Source: Utricularia gibba
Taxonomy: Eukaryota; Plantae; Magnoliophyta
Reading direction: 5' to 3'
Length of the DNA: 17,056 nucleotides
Assembly (NCBI GenBank): GCA_002189035.1
Contig: NEEC01000236.1
Coordinates: 1 to 17,056 of the forward strand
The notes below the pieces were generated by a model, which saw nothing but the letters and a program-made list of their open reading frames with translations, ran no database searches and was not told the origin of the DNA. Of this stretch, positions 1-9,938 are shown piece by piece. The position numbers and the translations under genes were made by a program. Position 1 is the first letter of the stretch, and each line of letters opens with the position of its first letter.

Positions 1-3000
1 TGCACCCCACATGATTTTTTCAACAACTTACTTTATACTTGAGCAGGCGGTCTTTGGGTGCACCTGGAACGGACAAAGGTAATGTTTGGCTTGCACCGAG
101 AGTTAGTTGTAGTCCGGCAAATAAAGTGATGTATTTATTATCGTTCGGTTTTCGGGGCTGCCTACATGGTTTTTCAAGGAACGCTTCTCGTTTTGTGGCG
201 GCCAGTCTCGCTGGAACTTGGTCCTACCCCGATTCTTATGGCTCATGAGGTCAACTGGATGCAAATCGATTAAAAAAAATGATGCATTTGTTTAAATTGA
301 TGTCACGTGCACCCCACATGATTTTTTCAACAACTTACTTTATACTTGAGCAGGCGGTCTTTGGTGCACCTGGAACGGGACAAAGGTAATGTTTGGCTTG
401 CACCGAGAGTTAGTTGTAGTCCGGCAAATAAAGTGATGTATTTATTATCGTTCGGTTTTCGGGCTGCCTACATGGTTTTTCAAGGAACCGCTTCTCGTTT
501 TGTGGCGGCCAGTCTCGCTGGAACTTGGTCCTTGACCCCGATTCTGTATGGCTCATGAGTCAACTGGATGCAAATCGATTAAAAAAAATGATGCATTTTT
601 TAAATTATGATGTCACGTGCACCCCACATGATTTTTTCAACAACTTACTTTATACTTGAGCAGGCGGTCTTTGGGTGCACTGGAACGGGACAAAGGTAAT
701 GTTTGGCTTGCACCGAGAGTTAGTTGTAGTCCGGCAAATAAAGTGATGTATTTATTATCGTTCGGTTTTCGGGGCTGCCTACATGGTTTTTTCAAGGAAC
801 CGCTTCTCGTTTTGTGCGGCCAGTCTCGCTGGAACTTGGTCCTTGACCGATTCTGTATGGCTCATGAGGTCAACTGGATGCAAATCGATTAAAAAAAATG
901 ATGCATTTGTTTAAATTATGATGTCACGTGCACCCCACATGATTTTTCAACTTACTTTATACTTGAGCAGGCGGTCTTTGGTGCACCTGGAACGGGACAA
1001 AGGTAAGTTTGGCTTGCACCGAGAGTTAGTTGTAGTCCGGCAAATAAAGTGATGTATTATTATCGTTCGGTTTTCGGCTGCCTACATGGTTTTTCAAGGA
1101 ACGCTTCTCGTTTTTGGCGGCCAGTCTCGCTGGGAACTTGGTCCTTGACCCCGATTCTGTATGGCTCATGAGGTCAACTGGATGCAAATCGATTAAAAAA
1201 AATGATGCATTTGTTTAAATTATGATGTCACGTGCACCCCACATGATTTTTTCAACAACTTACTTTATACTTGAGCAGGCGGTCTTTGGGTGCACCTGGA
1301 ACGGGACAAAGGTAATGTTTGGCTTGCACCGAGAGTTAGTTGTAGTCCGGCAAATAAAGTGATGTATTTATTATCGTTCGGTTTTCGGGGCTGCCTACAT
1401 GGTTTTCAAGGAACGCTTCTCGTTTTGTGGCGGCCAGTCTCGCTGGGAACTTGGTCCTTGACCCCGATTCTGTATGGCTCATGAGGTCAACTGGATGCAA
1501 ATCGATTAAAAAAAATGATGCATTTGTTTAAATTATGATGTCACGTGCACCCCACATGATTTTTTCAACAACTTACTTTATACTTGAGCAGGCGGTCTTT
1601 TGGTGCACCTGGAACGGGACAAAGGTAAGTTTGGCTTGCACCGAGAGTTAGTTGTAGTCCGGCAAATAAAGTGATGTATTTATTATCGTTCGTTTTCGGG
1701 GCTGCCTACATGGTTTTTCAAGGAACCGCTTCTCGTTTTGTGGCGGCCAGTCTCGCTGGGAACTTGGTCCTTGACCCCGATTCTGTATGGCTCATGAGGT
1801 CAACTGGATGCAAATCGATTAAAAAAAATGATGCATTTGTTTAAATTATGATGTCACGTGCACCCCACATGATTTTTTCAACAACTTACTTTATACTTGA
1901 GCAGCGGTCTTTGGGTGCACCTGGAACGGGACAAAGGTAAGTTTGGCTTGCACCGAGAGTTAGTTGTAGTCCGGCAAATAAAGTGATGTATTTATTATCG
2001 TTCGGTTTTCGGGCTGCCTACATGGTTTTTCAAGGAACGCTTCTCGTTTTGTGCGGCCAGTCTCGCTGGGAACTTGGTCCTTGCCCCGATTCTGTATGGC
2101 TCATGAGGTCAACTGGATGCAAATCGATTAAAAAAATGATGCATTTGTTTAAATTATGATGTCACGTGCACCCCACATGATTTTTTCAACAACTTACTTT
2201 ATACTTGAGCAGGCGGTCTTTGGGTGCACTGGAACGGGACAAAGGTAATTTGGCTTGCACCGAGAGTTAGTTGTAGTCCGGCAAATAAAGTGATGTATTT
2301 ATTATCGTTCGGTTTTCGGGGCTGCCTACATGGTTTTTCAAGGAACCGCTTCTCGTTTTGTGGCGGCCAGTCTCGCTGGGAACTTGGTCCTTGACCCCGA
2401 TTCTGTATGCTCATGAGGTCAACTGGATGCAAATCGATTAAAAAAAATGATGCATTTTTTTAAATTATGATGTCACGTGCACCCCACATGATTTTTTCAA
2501 CAACTTACTTTATACTTGAGCAGGCGGTCTTTGGGTGCACCTGGAAGGACAAAGGTAATGTTTGGCTTGCACCGAGAGTTAGTTGTAGTCGGCAAATAAA
2601 GATGTATTTATTATCGTTCGGTTTTCGGGCTGCCTACATGGTTTTTCAAGGAACCGCTTCTCGTTTTGTGGCGGCCAGTCTCGCTGGAACTTGGTCCTTG
2701 ACCCGATTCTGTATGGCTCATGAGGTCAACTGGATGCAAATCGATTAAAAAAAATGATGCATTTGTTTAAATTATGATGTCACGTGCACCCACATGATTT
2801 TTTCAACTTACTTTATACTTGAGCAGGCGGTCTTTGGGTGCACCTGGAACGGACAAAGGTAATGTTTGGCTTGCACGAGAGTTGTAGTCCGGCAAATAAA
2901 GTGATGTATTTATTATCGTTCGGTTTTCGGGGCTGCCTACATGGTTTTTCAAGGAACGCTTCTCGTTTTGTGGCGGCCAGTCTCGCTGGAACTTGGTCCC

Positions 3001-4320
3001 CCCCGATTCTGTATGGCTCATGAGGTCAACTGGATGCAAATCGATTAAAAAAAATGATGCATTTGTTTAAATTATGATGTCACGTGCACCCACATGATTT
3101 TTTCAACAACTTACTTTATACTTGAGCAGGCGGTCTTTGGGTGCACCTGGAACGGGACAAAGGTAAGTTTGGCTTGCACCGAGAGTTAGTTGTAGTCCGG
3201 CAAATAAAGTGATGTATTTATTATCGTTCGGTTTTCGGGCTGCCTACATGGTTTTTCAAGGAACGCTTCTCGTTTTGTGGCGGCCAGTCTCGCTGGAACT
3301 TGGTCCTTGACCCCGATTCTGTATGGCTCATGAGGTCAACTGGATGCAAATCGATTAAAAAAAATGATGCATTTGTTTAAATTATGATGTCACGTGCACC
3401 CCACATGATTTTTTCAACAACTTACTTTATACTTGAGCAGGCGGTCTTTGGGTGCACCTGGAACGGGACAAAGGTAATGTTTGGCTTGCACCGAGAGTTA
3501 GTTGTAGTCCGGCAAATAAAGTGATGTATTTATTATCGTTCGGTTTTCGGGGCTGCCTACATGGTTTTTCAAGGAACGCTTCTCGTTTTGTGGCGGCCAG
3601 TCTCGCTGGGAACTTGGTCCTTGACCCGATTCTGTATGGCTCATGAGGTCAACTGGATGCAAATCGATTAAAAAAAATGATGCATTTGTTTAAATTATGA
3701 TGTCACGTGCACCCCACATGATTTTTTCAACAACTTACTTTATACTTGAGCAGGCGTCTTTGGGTGCACTGGAACGGACAAAGGTAATGTTTGGCTTGCA
3801 CCGAGAGTTAGTTGTAGTCCGGCAAAATAAAGTGATGTATTTATTATCGTTCGGTTTTCGGGGCTGCCTACATGGTTTTTCAAGGAACCGCTTCTCGTTT
3901 TGTGGCGGCCAGTCTCGCTGGAACTTGGTCCTTGACCCCGATTCTGTATGGCTCATGAGGTCAACTGGATGCAAATCGATTAAAAAAAATGATGCATTTG
4001 TTTAAATTATGATGTCACGTGCACCCCACATGATTTTTTCAACAACTTACTTTATACTTGAGCAGGCGGTCTTTGGGTGCACCTGGAACGGACAAAGGTA
4101 ATGTTTGGCTTGCACCGAGAGTTAGTTGTAGTCCGGCAAATAAAGTGATGTATTTATTATCGTTCGGTTTTCGGGGCTGCCTACATGGTTTTTCAAGGAA
4201 CCGCTTCTCGTTTTGTGGCGGCCAGTCTCGCTGGGAACTTGGTCCTTGACCCGATTCTGTATGGCTCATGAGGTCAACTGGATGCAAATCGATTAAAAAA
4301 AATGATGCATTTGTTTAAAT

Positions 4321-4636
4321 TATGATGTCACGTGCACCCCACATGATTTTTTCAACAACTTACTTTATACTTGAGCAGGCGGTCTTTGGGTGCACCTGGA
4401 ACGGGACAAAGGTAATGTTTGGCTTGCACCGAGAGTTAGTTGTAGTCCGGCAAATAAAGTGATGTATTTATTATCGTTCGGTTTTCGGGGGCTGCCTACA
4501 TGGTTTTTCAAGGAACCGCTTCTCGTTTTGTGGCGGCCAGTCTCGCTGGGAACTTGGTCCTTGACCCCGATTCTGTATGGCTCATGAGGTCAACTGGATG
4601 CAAATCGATTAAAAAAAATGATGCATTTGTTTAAAT
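4321..4636 (+). repeat. Reference full-length monomer (316 bp consensus)
   Basis: Sequence TATGATGTCACGTGCACCCCACATG...GATTAAAAAAAATGATGCATTTGTTTAAAT. The next copy starts at 4637. It carries the majority homopolymer lengths (T6, G3, G5, T5, C4, A8). The same 316-nt anchor spacing is seen at 12845-13161 and 13476-13792. Hand count: T101, G79, A74, C62, with 14 CpG. Confidence 0.93.
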
Positions 4637-6208
4637 TATGATGTCACGTGCACCCCACATGATTTTTTCAACAACTTACTTTATACTTGAGCAGGCGGTC
4701 TTTGGGTGCACCTGGAACGGGACAAAGGTAATGTTTGGCTTGCACCGAGAGTTAGTTGTAGTCCGGCAAATAAAGTGATGTATTTATTATCGTTCGGTTT
4801 TCGGGGGCTGCCTACATGGTTTTTCAAGGAACCGCTTCTCGTTTTGTGGCGGCCAGTCTCGCTGGGAACTTGTCCTTGACCCCGATTCTGTATGGCTCAT
4901 GAGGTCAACTGGATGCAAATCGATTAAAAAAAATGATGCATTTGTTTAAATTATGATGTCACGTGCACCCCACATGATTTTTTCAACAACTTACTTTATA
5001 CTTGAGCAGGCGGTCTTTGGGTGCACCTGGAACGGGACAAAGGTAATGTTTGGCTTGCACCGAGAGTTAGTTGTAGTCCGGCAAATAAAGTGATGTATTT
5101 ATTATCGTTCGGTTTTCGGGGGCTGCCTACATGGTTTTTCAAGGAACCGCTTCTCGTTTTGTGCGGCCAGTCTCTGGGAACTTGGTCCTTGACCCGATTC
5201 TGTATGGCTCATGAGGTCAACTGGATGCAAATCGATTAAAAAAAATGATGCATTTGTTTAAATTATGATGTCACGTGCACCCCACATGATTTTTTCAACA
5301 ACTTACTTTATACTTGAGCAGGCGGTCTTTGGGTGCACCTGGAACGGGACAAAGGTAATGTTTGGCTTGCACCGAGAGTTAGTTGTAGTCCGGCAAATAA
5401 AGTGATGTATTTATTATCGTTCGGTTTTCGGGGGCTGCCTACATGGTTTTTCAAGGAACCGCTTCTCGTTTTGTGGCGGCCAGTCTCGCTGGGAACTTGG
5501 TCCTTGACCCGATTCTGTATGGCTCATGAGGTCAACTGGATGCAAATCGATTAAAAAAAATGATGCATTTGTTTAAATTATGATGTCACGTGCACCCCAC
5601 ATGATTTTTTCAACAACTTACTTTATACTTGAGCAGGCGGTCTTTGGGTGCACCTGGAACGGGACAAAGGTAATGTTTGGCTTGCACCGAGAGTTAGTTG
5701 TAGTCCGGCAAATAAAGTGATGTATTTATTATCGTTCGGTTTTCGGGGGCTGCCTACATGGTTTTTCAAGGAACCGCTTCTCGTTTTGTGGCGGCCAGTC
5801 TCGCTGGGAACTTGGTCCTTGACCCGATTCTGTATGGCTCATGAGGTCAACTGGATGCAAATCGATAAAAAAAATGATGCATTTGTTTAAATTATGATGT
5901 CACGTGCACCCCACATGATTTTTTCAACAACTTACTTTATACTTGAGCAGGCGGTCTTTGGGTGCACCTGGAACGGACAAAGTAATTTTGGCTTGCACCG
6001 AGAGTTAGTTGTAGTCCGGCAAATAAAGTGATGTATTTATTATCGTTCGGTTTTCGGGGCTGCCTACATGGTTTTTCAAGGAACCGCTTCTCGTTTTGTG
6101 GCGGCCAGTCTCGCTGAACTTGGTCCTTGACCCGATTCTGTATGTGAGGTCAACTGGATGCAAATCGATTAAAAAAAATGATGCATTTGTTTAAATTATG
6201 ATGTCACG

Positions 6209-6461
6209 TGCACCCACATGATTTTTTCAACAACTTACTTTATACTTGAGCAGGCGGTCTTTGGGTGCACCTGGAACGGGACAAAGGTAATGTTTGGCTT
6301 GCACCGAGAGTTAGTTGTAGTCTCAAAACCGCTTCTCGTTTTGTGGCGGCCAGTCTCGCTGGGAACTTGGTCCTTGACCCCGATTCTGTATGGCTCATGA
6401 GGTCAACTGGATGCAAATCGATTAAAAAAAATGATGCATTTGTTTAAATTATGATGTCACG
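6209..6461 (+). repeat. Truncated monomer (253 nt), lacking about cons 128-187
   Basis: GTTGTAGTC joins directly to TCAAAACCGCTTCTC at 6322/6323. Anchor spacing is 253. Confidence 0.9.
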
Positions 6462-8000
6462 TGCACCCCACATGATTTTTTCAACAACTTACTTTATACT
6501 TGAGCAGGCGGTCTTTGGGTGCACCTGGAACGGGACAAAGGTAATGTTTGGCTTGCACCGAGAGTTAGTTGTAGTCCGGCAAATAAAGTGATGTATTTAT
6601 TATCGTTCGGTTTTCGGGGGCTGCCTACATGGTTTTTCAAGGAACCGCTTCTCGTTTGTGCGGCCAGTCTCGCTGGAACTTGGTCCTTGACCCGATTCTG
6701 TATGGCTCATGAGGTCAACTGGATGCAAATCGATTAAAAAAATGATGCATTTGTTTAAATTATGATGTCACGTGCACCCCACATGATTTTTTCAACAACT
6801 TACTTTATACTTGAGCAGGCGGTCTTTGGGTGCACCTGGAACGGGACAAAGGTAATGTTTGGCTTGCACCGAGAGTTAGTTGTAGTCGGCAAATAAAGTG
6901 ATGTATTTATTATCGTTCGGTTTTCGGGGCTGCCTACATGGTTTTTCAAGGAACGCTTCTCGTTTTGTGGCGGCCAGTCTCGCTGGGAACTTGGTCCTTG
7001 ACCCCGATTCTTATGGCTCATGAGGTCAACTGGATGCAAATCGATTAAAAAAAATGATGCATTTGTTTAAATTATGATGTCACGTGCACCCCACATGATT
7101 TTTTCAACAACTTACTTTATACTTGAGCAGGCGGTCTTTGGGTGCACCTGGAACGGACAAAGGTAATGTTTGGCTTGCACCGAGAGTTAGTTGTAGTCCG
7201 GCAAATAAAGTGATGTATTTATTATCGTTCGGTTTTCGGGGCTGCCTACATGGTTTTTCAAGGAACCGCTTCTCGTTTTGTGGCGGCCAGTCTCGCTGGA
7301 ACTTGGTCCTTGACCCGATTCTGTATGGCTCATGAGGTCAACTGGATGCAAATCGATTAAAAAAAATGATGCATTTGTTTAAATTATGATGTCACGTGCA
7401 CCCCACATGATTTTTTCAACAACTTACTTTATACTTGAGCAGGCGGTCTTTGGGTGCACCTGGAACGGGACAAAGGTAATGTTTGGCTTGCACCGAGAGT
7501 TAGTTGTAGTCCGGCAAATAAAGTGATGTATTTATTATCGTTCGGTTTTCGGGGGCTGCCTACATGGTTTTTCAAGGAACCGCTTCTCGTTTTGTGGCGG
7601 CCAGTCTCGCTGGGAACTTGGTCCTTGACCCCGATTCTGTATGGCTCATGTCAACTGGATGCAAATCGATTAAAAAAAATGATGCATTTGTTTAAATTAT
7701 GATGTCACGTGCACCCCACATGATTTTTTCAACAACTTACTTTATACTTGAGCAGGCGGTCTTTGGGTGCACCTGGAACGGGACAAAGGTAATGTTTGGC
7801 TTGCACCGAGAGTTAGTTGTAGTCCGGCAAATAAAGTGATGTATTTATTATCGTTCGGTTTTCGGGCTGCCTACATGGTTTTTCAAGGAACCGCTTCTCG
7901 TTTTGTGGCGGCCAGTCTCGCTGGGAACTTGGTCCTTGCACCCAATTCTGTATGGCTCATGAGGTCAACTGGAAAATCGATTAAAAAAAATGATGCATTT

Positions 8001-8232
8001 CACGGCGGTGTGGTGCACCCACACAAAGGGAAAAGCTTAATTGGCTTGAGCACCGAGAGTTACCTGTTGTAGTCTTGCACCTAAGTGATTCTGTATTCCA
8101 ACTGGATGCAAATCGCATTCTCGTTTTTCGTCTTTGGCGGCACCTGGCTGGAACAAAGTAGTTCTGGGTTTGGCTTGGGTCAACTGGATGCCCCATTGGT
8201 AATAAATGATGTCAACTGTATGCCATGATTTT
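8001..8232. other. Scrambled mosaic of short k-mers from the repeat unit (probable consensus/assembly artefact)
   Basis: Made of out-of-order unit fragments such as CACCGAGAGTTA, GTTGTAGTC, GATTCTGTAT, CAACTGGATGCAAATCG, TTCTCGTTTT, GCACCTGG, GGTCAACTGGATGC and CATGATTTTTTCAA. I see no substantial foreign sequence. Confidence 0.75.
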
Positions 8233-8565
8233 TTCAAGATTACATTTGTTTAAATTATGATGTCACGTGCACCCCACATGATTTTTTCAACAACTTACTT
8301 TATACTTGAGCAGGCGGTCTTTGGGTGCACCTGGAACGGGACAAAGGTAATGTTTGAGTTAGTTGTAGTCCGGCAAATAAAGTGATGTATTTATTATCGT
8401 TCGGTTTTCGGGGGCTGCCTACATGGTTTTTCAAGGAACCGCTTCTCGTTTTGTGGCGGCCAGTCTCGCTGGGAACTTGGTCTTGGATTCTGTATGGCTC
8501 ATGAGGTCAACTGGATGCAAATCGATTAAAAAAAATGATGCATTTGTTTAAATTATGATGTCACG

Positions 8566-8731
8566 TGCACCCCACATGATTTTTTCAACAACTTACTTTA
8601 TACTTGAGCAGGCTTTGGTGCTTTGGGTGCACCTGGAACGGGAGTCAAACCGATTCTGTATGGCTCATGAGGTCAACTGGATGCAAATCGATTAAAAAAA
8701 ATGATGCATTTGTTTAAATTATGATGTCACG
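8566..8731 (+). repeat. Truncated monomer (166 nt), lacking about cons 87-245
   Basis: CACCTGGAACGGGA is followed by GTCAAACCGATTCTGTATGG. Anchor spacing is 166. Confidence 0.88.
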
Positions 8732-9938
8732 TGCACCCACATGATTTTTTCAACAACTTACTTTATACTTGAGCAGGGTCTTTGGGTGCACCTGGAACGG
8801 GACAAAGGTAATGTTTGGCTTGCACCGAGAGTTAGTTGTAGTCCGGCAAATAAAGTGATGTATTTATTATCGTTCGGTTTTCGGGGGCTGCCTACATGGT
8901 TTTTCAAGGAACCGCTTCTCGTTTTGTGGCGGCCAGTCTCGCTGGGAACTTGGTCCTTGACCCGATTCTGTATGGCTCATGAGGTCAACTGGATGCAAAT
9001 CGATTAAAAAAAATGATGCATTTGTTTAAATTATGATGTCACGTGCACCCCACATGATTTTTTCAACAACTTACTTTATACTTGAGCAGGCGGTCTTTGG
9101 GTGCACCTGGAACGGACAAAGGTAATGTTTGGCTTGCACCGAGAGTTAGTTGTAGTCCGGCAAATAAAGTGATGTATTTATTATCGTTCGGTTTTCGGGG
9201 CTGCCTACATGGTTTTTCAAGGAACCGCTTCTCGTTTTGTGGCGGCCAGTCTCGCTGGGAACTTGGTCCTTGACCCCGATTCTGTATGGCTCATGAGGTC
9301 AACTGGATGCAAATCGATTAAAAAAAATGATGCATTTGTTTAAATTATGATGTCACGTGCACCCCACATGATTTTTTCAACAACTTACTTTATACTTGAG
9401 CAGGCGGTCTTTGGGTGCACCTGGAACGGGACAAAGGTAATGTTTGGCTTGCACCGAGAGTTAGTTGTAGTCCGGCAAATAAAGTGATGTATTTATTATC
9501 GTTCGGTTTTCGGGGCTGCCTACATGGTTTTTCAAGGAACCGCTTCTCGTTTTGTGGCGGCCAGTCTCGCTGGAACTTGGTCCTTGACCCCGATTCTGTA
9601 TGGCTCATGAGGTCAACTGGATGCAAATCGATTAAAAAAAATGATGCATTTGTTTAAATTATGATGTCACGTGCACCCCACATGATTTTTTCAACAACTT
9701 ACTTTATACTTGAGCAGGCGGTCTTTGGGCACCTGGAACGGGACAAAGGTAATGTTTGGCTTGCACCGAGAGTTAGTTGTAGTCCGGCAAATAAAGTGAT
9801 GTATTTATTATCGTTCGGTTTTCGGGGGCTGCCTACATGGTTTTTCAAGGAACAGTCTCGCAAATTCTGATTCATGAGGTCAACTGGATGCAAATCGATT
9901 AAAAAAAATGATGCATTTGTTTAAATTATGATGTCACG

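Noticed and set aside
4321-4371. Sigma70 promoter using -10-like TATGAT (4321) or TATACT (4366)
   Set aside because: There is no acceptable -35 at 16-18 bp upstream (AAAAAT and ATGATT respectively). TTGACC at 4561 has no -10 partner.
4362-4376. Rolling-circle nick site resembling pC194/phiX174 CTTG^ATA (here TTATACTTGAGC)
   Set aside because: The bases after the nick do not match (AGC versus ATA), CTTG occurs four times per unit, and no Rep gene is present.
4411-4422. CRESS-virus nonanucleotide (AAACATTAC on the minus strand)
   Set aside because: It fails NANTANTAC at position 4 and has no flanking stem.
4412-4445. 34-nt GT-AG mini-intron (AAG/GTAATG … TTGTAG)
   Set aside because: Removing it does not produce a longer ORF, because stops at cons 135 and 140 remain.
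4327-4450. Budding-yeast point centromere (GTCACGTG matches CDEI)
   Set aside because: It is not followed by an ~80-bp >90% AT CDEII or by a CDEIII with a CCGAA core.
4458-4466. Stop-start coupling (GTGATG) linking a 46-aa ORF (4322-4462) to a 41-aa ORF (4462-4587)
   Set aside because: TGATG occurs three times per unit, both ORFs are tiny and unrecognised, and neither has a ribosome-binding site.
4321-4636. DRT2/Neo-type rolling-circle cDNA encoding a never-ending ORF
   Set aside because: The unit is not a multiple of 3, every frame has stops, I find no well-spaced -35/-10 pair anywhere around the circle, and no RT gene is in view.
4321-4636. Hammerhead or hairpin ribozyme, or a viroid rod
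   Set aside because: CTGA (the start of the CUGANGA core) is absent on both strands. The minus-strand AGAA and ACATTACC words lack the required helices and loop-B consensus. I see no end-to-end rod-like complementarity by eye.
4321-4636. 5S rDNA, tRNA or spliced-leader gene repeat
   Set aside because: Neither strand shows a 5S, cloverleaf/T-loop or SL signature.
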